Part shown: piece by piece, positions 12,126-25,067 of the stretch
Layout: each line of letters opens with the position of its first letter
Position numbering within the stretch: the stretch's first letter is position 1
Source of the DNA: Moniliella sp. 'wahieum'
Taxonomy: Eukaryota
Direction: 5' to 3'
DNA length: 64,000 nucleotides
Assembly: GCA_003971905.1 (NCBI GenBank)
Contig: RSEE01000032.1
Coordinates: 186,001 to 250,000 of the forward strand
Program-made: the position numbers and the translations under genes
Notes under the pieces: generated by a model
What the model saw: only the letters and a program-made list of their open reading frames with translations
The model's database searches: none
What the model was told of the DNA's origin: nothing

Positions 12126-13000
12126 TGGCTATTGCCGGAACAAGGAGGCACGGCACAGGCAGAATGCTGGCAGCGCTGTTTGGAAGGAACGCCCTATAGC
12201 TTGGCGCTTGAAGCTTGAATTGAAGGTTGAAGTTTGACATGCATGACAGCTTGTCAGCTTTGGACCTGCGTTCCCGCAGCTCTGCGCCGCTCGAGGCTGA
12301 GGCGCCTGGGATCGACGATGGATGAGATCTGAGACGGAATGAGGCCTTGGGCTGTAGATGCCTTGGGCGTGCGGCCCAGCCAGGCCTTGGGCTCGATCAC
12401 GAACAGGCCCCGAGGGGGGCTTGGGCACCCACAGGGACCCACCCACTGAGGCTTTCTGCAGCAATCGGCTCCTGAAGAGTTCTGAGATCCGAGTCTGAGA
12501 TGTGAGTTGTGAGTTGGTGTGCGAGTGCCGCGTAGAGATGGGACCAGGCCGGGGAATGCCAATGGTATGCAACGGCGCCCACTTGGGCCTGCCCGACAGG
12601 TGCTGAAACTGGCCTGTTGGGGAAGGAGGTGGGAGGGGCGTCGCAGGGTGCTGTCTGTCGCCTGCCAACGCCGCGCGCGTGCGGCACAAGGGGGGTGGAG
12701 ACCAAGGGTGCACCGTGTGGAGCACGGGCTTTCCCAGCTGTCCCCTCGTCTCTCAGGGTTATCTTGCGGGCGCACCTTCCTTGCCCTGTCGCCTGCATCC
12801 CCGGCACTGCGTCACCGGGGCACCTGTCATCCATTTCAACGATCATCCGTCAGCGCGTCGTCATTCTGTCACTACCTCATCGTCCGTCACCCACCGATCA
12901 CCGATCGCATGTCTATCTCCGCAACACTTCCCGGACATGGCCGCCGCCCTCCTGCACAGCGCCAGTCTGATAGCGTATCGCAAGTACCAATTTTAAGTTC

Positions 13001-13420
13001 ATTGATCATTGATCATCGATCATCGATCATCGTCTAACGTCTACCGGCCCATCCATATTCCGTCGTGCTTGGCCAGCCGGTCACCGGTCACCCGGATCAT
13101 CAGTGAGCTCACCGCTCACTCCAATCACTACACTGGCCAGCCACTGCATCACGTGTGAGTGACGCGTCACACGTCACGCGTCGTTTCTCACTAGTCACCA
13201 ACACCTCCCCAGCTTGATCTCACAACGTCGCAAACATCTAAGAAGCGGCCGAGAAAAAAAAAAAAAGCCCAGTGGAGTTTACGTACGTAAAGCTTAAAGC
13301 TTAAAGCCAAAAGCCAAAAGCTTAAAGCCCCAATCCAACCGCGCAACAGCTCTCTGCATCTCAGCCTCAGGAAGCCTGAGCGCCTGGCGTGCGTGACGCG
13401 CATGACACGTGACCATGAAT
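13001..13420. repeat. Island of short palindrome-based tandem repeats
   Basis: TTGATCA/TCGATCA run 13002-13032; (CCGGTCA)2 at about 13077; GTGACGCGTCAC at 13159; TTTACGTACGTAAA followed by six AAAGCTT/AAAGCCA-type units at about 13278-13330. Confidence 0.85.
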
Positions 13421-15015
13421 ATCACGCTTCACGGTGCATGGTGCATGAACGCTCCAGCCGGGGTGCATTGAATACCTCAACGTTACATTTTCTTCACCAG
13501 GCGACCTGCAAAGCGTAGCACCGTCTCTTCCCATGTCCGCCATTGCGCATTCCCGACACCGCAGAGGCGTTTCAACCAAGCGCAAATGCCACGGACACAT
13601 ATCGAGTACACCCACGGTAGCGAGCAGGCGACGGCTAGATTACTTCGTCCAGAGATACGCCCTGAGCGCTTGGGCAGCCGTTACATGGGTATTCAAACTG
13701 AGTGACGCGACCTCGGACTAACTTGTCTCGTCTGTGGAGTATCTTGATAGAAGCCGGTTGGTGTTCTGAGGTAGTGGCAACCCCCTGCCCACCCTATCCA
13801 GACAAGGATTCAGGGAGGGTATGACCACAACTGCATCGTGTCGGTGTCTCACCCTGACAGACGCCATCCCTGCTCGGGTCTCCTGAACCATGTGGGCAGG
13901 AAAATGATCAGGCGCAGGTGTAGCCACACAGTCTCGCCAGGAGACAGCCTGGTCTGGAAGGTCAGGATGGTGGGGGAATCTGTACACGTTGGATTGGGGG
14001 CGTAGATCTGTGGGCCAAATGGGAATGGGGGTACATGCATGAACGAGCCCACCACAAGTCAGCGAAGCTGATTACTCCGACTTGGTCTCCTTCTTGTTCT
14101 GATTTGTCCCAAGAAAGCCCCAATGGCAATGGTGAGCGAGGTCAGTCGAGACGACACTAACCGAAGGAGCAAAGCAAGCGGAAGCACGTACGAAAACCAA
14201 GTTCGGGAAGTTAAGGATGGTGAGGCCAGCAAGGCTGAAGAACAGCACCTTCTTTGCCGCTACACACACAAAACACATGTCAGTTGGTGCACACCACATG
14301 GACTGGACAAGGGAGATGGGGAGGGGATGAGCCGGGCGTCATCGCGTCATCCTCCTTGCGCTCCGACCATCAGGACATGGCATAGTGAGACGAAGGGCAA
14401 ACGAGAGAGGTATTCCGGTCCTTCTCGATCGCGTCATCAAACACTGAGCGGGACAGGACAACAACAATACGCACTGATGTGGAAGTTAGCATGCGGGCCG
14501 CGCTGGTACACCGGCTTGAGGCTGGACTGCAACATGCGCTGCTTGGCAATAACGTGGTTACTGGAACGAGCAGGGTTAGTCCGAACCGTCTACGGGATAG
14601 CAGAGAAACGTACGGGTTGTTGAACATGGTCGCTGAGCACTTCGAGATGTGGTTGAGGAGAGTAATGGTCCGGCTGCAGCCACGACGACAGGCAGCGAGT
14701 ACTCAGGCTGAGTGTCAAACTGGCCTGCTGGGCTGCCTGCCGCACTGACCCGTTGCGGATCCTGGTACCTACCTGCAATTATTAATGGAATCGGAATGCA
14801 GTAGGGTTACTAATTACAAATCCGGCGGGAGCAGCTTGCGTGCGCCTGCGCCAGCAACTCAACAAGATGACCAGGACGCGGGACGGTAGGGTCTCCGCTA
14901 GGGTTGAGGGCGGCGTCGTTGGTAAGCAAAAGGGGTGGTGTGCGTGCTTCCACTCGGTCCGAGTTCTGAGTACACAGGAAAGGTCTTCCTCCGACCACCT
15001 CACCAGGCGTACCTC

Positions 15016-16315
15016 ATGGCATCCTTACTCCGTACGGCGTTCAGCCGCGCTTCCATCGCCGGCCCCAAGGGGTAAGTCCATCTTGTCTTGTCAGGAATCG
15101 TTGATGCCCGAACGAACGCGGTGGACATGGTCCTGGCTCCCCCTACTCCCCCCTTGCGCAGGAGGTTTGCCTCGTTCGGGTCGAACCGAGTACCCCAATG
15201 TGGGTCCCATTCTTCAACTCGCGTTCTCTTTTTGGAACCTTCCTTTCGATCTCATTGGGAAGGAGGTTTATTGGGGGGGGAGCTGGGAAGGGAAGAACGC
15301 GCGGCGCTCCTTCTGCACGATCTGTCTCAACCCCGGAACAGTCCGCATCCACGTTCAGGCTGAGCTGTGGGCGCATGGTTCCCAGGCAGTGCGGCTAACT
15401 TGCCTTTCTTTTCTCTGTCACAGACTCGGTTTGCCTCGACGGCCAGCAATGCGGCGCAAGCCCAAGCTCCGTTTTGGGCGTCGCGCACCGCAGCGTATAC
15501 CTCTACGGCTGCGGTGGTGGGTGGGATTGCCCTGTACGCCACGACGTTTGGCGAGGCGCCGTTCCTTCCCGCTCTGAGCGCGAACGAGAAGGACGAAGGG
15601 CTGCACCCGACCGCCTACCCTTGGCCTCACCTCGGTCACTTTGAGACGTACGACCATGCCTCGATCCGTCGTGGGTTTCAGGTGTACCGCGAAGTGTGCG
15701 CGTCGTGCCATTCGCTGACGCGGATTGCGTGGCGCAACTTGGTCGGTTTCGCATACTGTCGACGAGGTGAAGGAGATTGCAGCGGACTACGAGTACCAGG
15801 ATGGACCGAACGATGAGGGTGAGATGTTTACCCGGCCGGGTAAGCTGGCCGACTACATTCATGCACCGTACCCGAACGACGAGGCGTCGCGTGCGGCGAA
15901 CCAGGGTGCGCTTCCTCCGGACCTGTCGTTGATGGTCAAGGCGCGCCACTCGGGCGCCGACTACATCTTCTCCCTCTTGACGGGCTATGTCGACCCACCA
16001 GCCGGCGTGCACGTGCCCGAGGGGATGAACTTCAACCCGTACTTCCCTGGCACGCAGATTGGTATGGCGCGGGTGCTGTTTGATGGGCTGGTGGAGTACG
16101 AGGACGGTACACCAGCCACCACGTCGCAGATGGCCAAGGACGTGGTCACGTTCCTCAGCTGGGCCGCTTCGCCCGAGCACGATGAGCGCAAGAAAATGGG
16201 AATGCAGTACATGATCATTGCTTCCACCATGCTTGCTCTCTCCATCTGGGTCAAGAGGTACAAGTGGGCCTCGATCACCAACCGCAGGCTGCAGTACAAC
16301 CCGCCCAAGCACTAA
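15016..16315 (+). CDS. CYT1: Cytochrome c1, complex III (exon 1 15016-15071, intron 15072-15423; indels)
   Basis: Bipartite presequence, GLHPTAYPWPH, DHASIRRGFQVYREVCASCHSL (heme CxxCH), ANQGALPPDLSL, NPYFPG, YEDGTPATTSQMAKDV and a C-terminal TM helix. Intron GTAAGT..GCTAAC..CAG. Confidence 0.98.
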
Positions 16316-18068
16316 GGCCGGGCTACCCCCTCCCGTCCTCTTCCCCTCTCCCTTGTCGGGTGTAGCATGGGGGAAGACCAATTAATGCATCCCCAAAACA
16401 ACCTCGCATCCCGCATGGTTTGCCCACACTTGGCCCGGCTGTCGAAATGCCAGACAAATTGCGTACTTAGATGAGAGAGGCCGGGACTATGCTGGCTCTC
16501 AAAGAGTAAGAGAACCCAGAGGTATATATGAGAGACATCAACGCTTTACATGACGTTTCGAGGTATTAGATGCGTGTCTGGTGGCGAGTGCCTGTTGGGC
16601 CCGCACTGGTCAGTAACAGCCGATCCAGTTCCTACACCCTCATTTCAGAGGCTTTTCCAGCTCACCCCCGTCCCGTAACCCCATGGCTGAGGCAGGGCAC
16701 CCACAGCACCAAGCAAAATGTTGGGCGCTGCCCAGGAGAGCTGAACCGCGCTCTGTATAAACCACTAAGGACCGTCGCTCCGTTGCGGAGCCGGTTGACC
16801 TCAACGAAAACTTGCTTGGATGCTTGGAAGCTCCTACCGGGCGTACCTGCTTTGGGGAACGGAAGCGTGATGGGGCTGCGCAGGGGCCAGTGATGCGAGT
16901 GGGACAGTTTCTTCCACACCAGCCCCAGGCCCACGGGCCCATGACAAGAATGATCGATGGAAGGTGTGGAGGTGTGGAGGGTGGAGGGTGGGCGGTCATG
17001 CACCACGCATCATGCTGCGGACGGATGGGAAGGCGAGGCAGACAATGGGATTGGGAGATGGGATTTGGTTGGGCGTGGTGAGGTTGGGTGGGCGAGGTGG
17101 GTGGCGCGGGCACATGGGCTGGCGCGGAGGCCGAGCCAGAGACAGTGTGGGTGTTGGGCGCCGGATGGTTTGCGGCATGTCTCGGGGGACCCCACCTGTT
17201 CTCCGTCGCGCGTCATGCGTCATAGATCACCTTGAGGCTGCATATCGGCTGGACGATGCTGCAAGGGGCGGCTGGCCGGCGGACGGGAGCGAGCTGGTGT
17301 GCTGCCTAGCGCAAACGATGGGGGGGCTGTCGTGGGGTGGCCTGGCGTGGTCCTCAGCAGGTGTGGCCCAGTCCAGCGATGGGGGCGAGGGCCGGTTGCC
17401 AGCCACCAGCAGCCCGCGAAGCCCATGCGGCTCACGCGGCCCACAGCACTGCACCAACGCAACGCCGCAAGCGGCGCTCGGTGCTCGGCTGTCGGTGCTC
17501 GGGGCCGCAGCGGCGGTCGCCCGTTTCCCGTGGTCTCTGTGCCTCGGTTCAGCGCTGAGCTCAGCGTCCAACGTTCAATAGTTCAATCTGCCATGCCGAG
17601 GTGAGGCCTAGTGCTGCGGCCTGGTTCGGAACAAAATGGGTGGCTGCGCACTGCATCCCACGGGATGCATCCCCGGCACCGGCGCAGTGTGTGTGCGTTG
17701 GGCAAGGCTGCGTGCACGGGGTGTGCGGCTATTTGCAGGGCAGCACCCAGTGCACTGCAGTACGGCGCACGGAGGCAAAGCCAAGGTTGGGCTCGGTGGC
17801 GGCAGTGGCCCCGTGCAGGCAGGGTGTGATGGGGGATGTGACATGGGATGCGTGATGCATCAGCAGATGCCCCCCAACGAACCTCGGGGCCTCATCGACA
17901 TCGATCGTCCGCTTGGATCCTCACGTGCACACTGCATCCACACCAAGCAGGCGCGGCGCCCGTGCAGGTGAGCGCATAGCAGCCACACAGCGCAATCAAT
18001 ATTCAGTCGCCGTCTGTCTGTACCCCCCCCCCCCACCACCCTCCCCCTCCCCCCTACCACTCGCCGTC

Positions 18069-21000
18069 ATGCAGGCCGACCCGCCACCTGGATCCCACTT
18101 TGTCGGTGCGTACGCAGCACCGCATCCATCCATCCATCCGTCCTCCTCGCTGCTGACTTCCCATCTGTCCCCCCCCAGGCGGCAACCCGGTCGAGACCGC
18201 CACGCCCTCGGCGGTGACCGACTTTGTCAAGCAACATGCTGGCCACTCGGTCATCACCCGCGTCCTCATCTGCAACAACGGCATTGCTGCCGTCAAAGAG
18301 ATCCGCTCCATTCGCAAGTGGGCGTACGAAACGTTCGGACTGGAGCGTGCCATTGAGTTTGTCGTCATGGCCACCCCCGAAGATCTCTCGGTCAACGCCG
18401 AGTACATCCGCATGGCCGACCAATATGTCGAGGTCCCCGGCGGCTCCAACAACAACAACTATGCCAACGTGGACCTTATCGTAGACATTGCCGAGCGCGC
18501 TGGCGTCCATGCAGTCTGGGCTGGCTGGTACGTCACGCATCCTTTTTTCTCCCTTTCCCGCATTGGTTGCTGACATTCAGAACAGGGGCACGCGTCCGAG
18601 AACCCAAGGCTGCCCGAACAGCTGGCAGAGAGCAAGATCATCTTCATTGGGCCCCCAGGCTCTGCGATGCGTTCCCTCGGCGACAAGATCTCCTCTACCA
18701 TTGTTGCCCAACATGCCGATGTGCCGTGCATGCCTTGGTCTGGTTCGGGCATCACCGACACGATCATGTCCGATGCCGGATTCCTCACCGTTTCGGACGA
18801 GGTGTATTCCCGTGCTTGCATTCACTCTGCCGAGGAAGGTATGGCCAAGGCTCAGACATTGGCTACCCCGTCATGATCAAGGCATCCGAGGGAGGTGGCG
18901 GCAAAGGGATCCGCATGTGTACCAAAGAGGAAGACTTTGCCCAGCTGTACACGGCTGTGCTGGGAGAGGTGCCCGGTTCGCCCGTTTTTGTCATGAAGCT
19001 GGCGGGCAAGGCCCGTCACTTGGAAGTTCAACTGCTCGCTGATCAATATGGCAATGCGATCAGCATCTTTGGTCGTGACTGCAGTGTTCAGCGTCGGCAC
19101 CAAAAGATCATTGAGGAAGCCCCCGTCACGATCGCCAACGACGATGCTCGGGAAGAGATGGAGCGGGCGGCGGTCCGACTGGCCAAGCTGGTGGGCTACG
19201 TCTCGGCCGGCACGGTCGAATGGCTCTACTCACCTGAATCGGGCGACTTTTCCTTCCTCGAGCTCAACCCGCGTCTCCAAGTCGAACATCCTACCACCGA
19301 GATGGTATCTGGCGTCAACATCCCCGCCGCCCAGCTCCAGGTCGCGATGGGTATCCCGCTCTACCGTATCCGCGACATCCGCACCCTCTACGGGATGAAC
19401 CCTAAGGGCTCCGAACGGATCGACTTTGACTTTACCGATCCGGCCAGCTACTCCACCCAGCGCAAGCCCCAGCCCAAGGGTCACGTGTTGGCCTGTCGCA
19501 TCACTGCCGAAACCCCGACACGGGCTTCAAGCCCGGCATGGGGGCCCTGACCGAGCTCAACTTCCGTTCGAGTACCTCGACCTGGGGCTACTTCTCGGTC
19601 GCATCCAATGGCGCGCTGCACGAATATGCGGATAGCCAATTCGGTCACGTTTTCGCGTACGGTGCCGATCGGAGTGAAGCACGCAAACAGATGGTCATCT
19701 CCCTCAAGGAACTCTCGATCCGTGGTGACTTCCGTACTACGGTCGAGTACCTCATCAAGCTGCTCGAGACCGATGCGTTCGAGCGCAACACCATCACGAC
19801 CGGGTGGCTTGATGGCCTGATCCAGGACAAGCTCACGGCTGAACGTCCCCCCAAGGAGTTGGCGGTGATTTGCGGTGCGGCGGTCAAGGCGTTCCTGCTT
19901 TCGCAAGAGTCGATTACGGAATACAAGACGATCCTCAACAAGGGCCAAGTGCCTCCGCGCGCAAGCTCAAGACAGTGTTTGCGATCGACTTTATCTACGA
20001 GGGAGAGAAGTTCAACTTTACTGCGATGCAATCTTCGGCCCAAGAGTGGACCTTGTACCTCAACGGTGGCCGGACTCGTGTTTCTCTCCGCCCTCTGTCG
20101 GACGGAGGCTTGCTGGTTGGCCTGGCGGGCAAGTCGCACCCGGTACTGGCGCGAAGAAGTGGGCATGACCCGCCTCATGATCGACAGCAAGACTTGTTTG
20201 ATCGAGCAGGAAAATGACCCGACTCAAATTCGCAGCCCCTCGCCAGGTAAACTGGTTCGCTTCCTCGTCGAGAGCGGGGACCACGTTGTCAGTGGTCAAT
20301 CCATTGCCGAAATTGAGGTGATGAAGATGTATCTACCTCTCACCGCGGCCGAAGACGGGATCGTAACCTTCCTCAAGCAGCCGGGAGTCTCCCTCTCCCC
20401 TGGTGACATCATTGGTATCCTTTCTCTTGACGACCCCAGCCGTGTGCAACACGCCAAGCCATTTGGTTTGGTCTTGTCCGACCAAGGCCTGCCGTCATTA
20501 TTGGCAACAAACCCCACCAGCGGCTCGAGTATTTGGTCAGTACGCTCAACCATGTGCTGGACGGGTTTGATGAATCGTACTTGCTGCATTCGGCGGTGCC
20601 TGAGATGATCGCGTTATTGCGCAACCCCGAACTGCCCTTTAGCCAAGCCAATTCGGTCCTGTCTACCCTGTCGGGCCGCATTCCTGGCAAGTTGCAAGAC
20701 CTGTTGCGCCACAGCATCGACACTGCCCAGAACCGTCATCAGCCTTTCCCTGCCTTGCGTCTACGCAAGCTGAGCGAGAACTTTGTACGGGACCAGGTCC
20801 AAGCGCCGGTCCAAGCACAGATTCTTACCACTCTCAGCCCGCTGTTGGAAGTGTTTGATCAATACACTCGTGGTCTTGAAGCCCACGAGATCTTGGTGCT
20901 GGCCGGCTTTTTGCAAAAGTATTTCGCGGTCGAGTCGCTGTTTGCTGGGGAGGCGACAAGGTCTTGGCCCTGCGTGAGGCTCATCCCGACGACTTGGACA

Positions 21001-24000
21001 AGGTGGTCGCCCTCCAGTATTCCCACAACGGCACGTCTCGTAAGAACGCTTTGATTGTCGGCTTACTGGACAAGTACATCAAGGGGGCTCAGACGGGGTC
21101 AAAGGAGGTGAGCGACAGTGTTAACCAGGTGCTGCTTCAACTGGCCAGCCTTCAATCGAAGGAGACGGCTCCTGTCTCGCTCAAGGCGCGGGAAGTGTCG
21201 ATCGAGGCCAGTCTGCCGTCTCTCAAGGACCGTTCGCATCAGCTGGCTCGCATCCTTCGCACCTCGGTCATGTCCTCCTCCTACGGAGGCACCCGCCGAG
21301 TTCCACGACCCGTCCTGTCGGTGCTGAAAGAGTTGACGGATTCGCCCTATTCAGTGTACGATGTGCTTCCTTCCTTCTTCCACCACCCGAGTACCACCTC
21401 GCCTACGCGTCGTTGGCCACCTACATCCTCCGTGCCTACCGCGCCTATGACATGACCTCGATTGAGTACGACATGGTCGATATCGATGCGGAGGAGCGAG
21501 CGTTGGCCACGTGGCACTTTTCTATCCCCAAGGACGTCAGTGGGTCGGGCCGCTTGCAGCGCACAATGCACCGCACCTCGTCCGAGTCGGACTTTAAGGC
21601 CATGGCGCTTGACAAGCCCGACCAGCTGATCCGTCACGGTGTGATGACCAGCTGCGACTCGCTCGAAGCGCTGACAGAAGCTATGGACCAGGCTTGAAGG
21701 CGTTGACTGCATTTAGCTCCGTTCCTCTCGCTGGCAACGTGATCAACATTGCCATTACGATGCCGACGACATTGACGAGAAGAAGGCGCGGGAGGTGGTG
21801 GTGGCAGTGACGCAGCAGGCTTCCTTGGCCCTGACCAAGGTCAAGGTGAGTCGGGTCACCTACCTCCTGTGCCGCGAGGGGCAGTACCTTTCTTCTCGAC
21901 CGTGCGCCTTCAGCCGGACAACTCGTGGGCGGAGGAGATGCAGATCCGCAACATTGAACCGGCGCTTGCCTACCAACTCGAGCTGGACCGGCTGACGGAG
22001 GAGTTTGAACTACCCGTGTCCCCGTCCTTCGTCGACGATCCACCTGTTTTACGGTCGGGCGTTGAGCAATTCGTCCGACTGTCGCTTCTTTGTTCGCTCG
22101 CTTGTCCGGCCCGGCAAGAGCTCGGGAGACCTGTCCTCCTACCTCATCCACGAGAGTTCCCGCATCGTCAGTGAAATCCTCGATGTGGTGGAGCTGGCAA
22201 TGGGGCAGCCGCAGTACCGCAACGCCGACTCGTCGCACATCTTTATGTCCTTCATTTACAATATGGATGTGACGCTGGACAATGTCAAGGAGGCGGTGAG
22301 CTCGTTTGTGGTGCGGTACGGGGACCGGTTCCAGCGCTTGCGCATCACCTCGGCCGAAGTGCGCATCCCCATCCTGTACGGCGGCAAACACATTCCTCTG
22401 CGTGCCTTTATCACCAACCGCAGTGCCTACTCGGTCCAGTTTGGGTTCTACACGGATTGATGGACCCGATGGGCGTCGTCTGCTGCAATCGCTCAATGAG
22501 CCCGACCAACCAGCTCCTCGGCATGGCCAGTCGGCCTTTGCGCCCCAGTCGGCCAAGGTGGCCTTGCAGAGTCGTCGGTCCCGGGCACATGCTCTCCAGA
22601 CGACGTTTGCCTATGACTTCATCGACGTTCTTCGCCAAGCTCTGCGGACCGGGTGGAAGCGCAGTGGGAAGGCCAACCGTCCGACGGAGCCGATTCGTTG
22701 GTCCACGAACTGGTGCTGAGCCCATCAGGCGAGCTGCAACAAGTGCAGCGCGGTCCCGGGCTCAACAAGATCAGCATGGTGGCCTGGTGGATCGAGATGC
22801 TGACGCCCGAGTACCCCGAGGGACGGGAGATGGTTCTGATTGCCAACGATGTGACGGTTCAAGCTGGCTCGTTTGGCCCGGTGGAAGATCAACTGTTTGC
22901 CGCCGCCTCGCAGCTGGCTCGGGAGCGCGGGGTGCCTCGTCTCTACATCTCGGCCAACTCGGGTGCTCGTATTGGCGTCGCGACGGAGATCCTGGACAAG
23001 TTCAGTGTCAAGTGGACCAACGAGGCGGACCCGGCCAAGGGATGGGTACCTTTATCTTGATGAGGCGATCCAGGCAGAAGTAGAGCGGGACTCGCCAGGG
23101 GCTGTTTGACCCAACCCAAGACGCAGGAGGATGGGTCGGTGCACCACGTTGTTACTGACATCATCGGCCTGTCCAAGAACGGGCTCGGGTCGAGTGTCTG
23201 TCGGGCTCGGGCTTGATTGCTGGCGAGACGAGCCGCGCTCGAGATGAGATCTTTACCGCGACCATTGTCACGGGCCGGTCGGTGGGCATTGGAGCGTACC
23301 TGGCCCGGTTGGGAGACCGCGTGATCCAGGTTACCGGTTCGCCGCTCATCTTAACAGGGTACCAGGCGCTCAACAAACTTCTTGGTCGCGAAGTGTATAC
23401 CTCCAACCTCCAGCTTGGTGGGCCACAGAGTACGTCGCCTTCTCCTCCTCTTTTCCCTGTTTTGCTTTCTGGATTCTGACCCAACTGGTTGACTAGTCAT
23501 GTACCGCAACGGTGTGTCGCACCTGCAGGCCCAAGATGATCTCGAGGCGATGGTCCAAGCGCTCAAGTGGATGAGCTATGTGCCAGCAAAGAAAGGCTTG
23601 TCTCTTCCGCGCTTTGTCAAGGACGACCCGTGGGACCGTGTGATCGACTATGTGCCGCCCAAGGGTCCTTACGATCCCCGCTGGATGCTGGAGGGCAAGA
23701 CGGAGGAAGATGGGACCTACCTCTCTGGCTTCTTTGACAAGGGTTCATGGCAAGAGACGCTGGGCGGGTGGGCTACCTCGGTCGTGGTGGGTCGTGGCCG
23801 TCTGGGGGGCATCCCTATGGGCGCCATTGCCGTTGAAACCCGTACGCTGGAACGGATTGTGCCCGCTGATCCGGCGAATCCCAACTCGCAAGAGCAGCGC
23901 ACCATGGAGGCGGGTCAAGTGTGGTACCCGAACAGTGCGTACAAGACGGCGCAGGCGATCGCCGACTTTAACCGCGAGGGCCTGCCTTTGATCATCTTTG

Positions 24001-24801
24001 CCAACTGGCGCGGCTTCTCGGGCGGGCAGCAGGACATGTTTGATCAAGTGCTCAAGTACGGGTCGTACATTGTGGATGGTTTGACCAACTACCGTCAGCC
24101 GGTGTTTGTCCACATTGCGCCCAATGGTGAGCTTCGGGGCGGTGCGTTTGTTGTGGTCGACTCCAAGATCAACCAGGACGGTCTGATGGAACTGTCGACG
24201 GACGAGACGGCCCGTGGGGGAGTTTTGGAGCCCGAAGGCATGGTGGAGATCAAGGTGCGCGTGCCGCAGCAACGCGCTTGGATGGAACGTTTGGATCCTG
24301 TCTACGGTCAGTTGCGTAGCCTGGGAACGACGGATGCGCACACCAAGCAGCAACTTGCTCAGCGCGAGGAAGAGTTGGCGCCTGTCTTCAACTCGATTGC
24401 GGTCGCCTATGCTGATGCGCACGACAAGGCTGGGCGCATGTACAATGTGGGAGTGGCGCAAGCCGTCTTGTCCTGGCCCGAGTCTCGGCGGTACTTTTAC
24501 CAGCGCTTGCGCCGTCGCCTGGCTGAAGTGACGATGCAAACGCCAGCTCCGGGCGGTAGATGCAACGCTGACGGCGCAGAGCAGCCTAGCCAAGATGTAC
24601 GAGGCTGTGCTCGCCGCTTCCCCTGACATTGACAAGGCGGATGACGCTGCTTTTGCCGATCTGCTCGAGTCGAGCCAGGCTCAGACGGCATTGGCGGCAT
24701 TGGTGACGAACCTGGAAGAAGGCGCCATCTTTGACCGCCTGGCTGCTCTGCCTTCGCATGTGCAGCAGCGCTTGCTGGACAAGTTGGCTACGGTCGAATA
24801 G
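18069..24801 (+). CDS. ACC1: Acetyl-CoA carboxylase (BC-BCCP-central-CT); introns 18106-18178, 18528-18585 and about 23429-23496; many indels
   Basis: [56 protein letters not shown], biotinylation motif [58 protein letters not shown]. Confidence 0.98.
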
Positions 24802-25067
24802 GGACTGTGGGCACGGTACTAGCCTCTAAACAAGTGTGAATCTGGTCTAATTTCATCGGGTTGGTGTTTCGGCTTAAGAACAGGTGGGCGTCGTGGCGAT
24901 ATAGGAGCTAGGGTAGTGTATGCTAGAGAAGAGTACAGGGTGAACGCGGAAGGCGATAAAGATGAGCACAGCGGGTGAACGCGCAGAGGAAAGACACGGA
25001 CAAGGAGCAGGAAATTAGAAGAACAGGCCATATGTTTTTGAGCAGGGAAGGAAACACGTATTTGTGT

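Noticed and set aside
15100..15345. H/ACA snoRNA in the CYT1 intron
   Set aside because: Two hairpins are present, but there is no ANANNA hinge or correctly placed ACA. Kept only as a structured-intron finding.
23745..24635. Long antisense ORFs (also 2174-2887, 4590-5462, 15503-16381, 21681-22556)
   Set aside because: These are shadow ORFs opposite GC3-rich real genes and show no motifs of their own.
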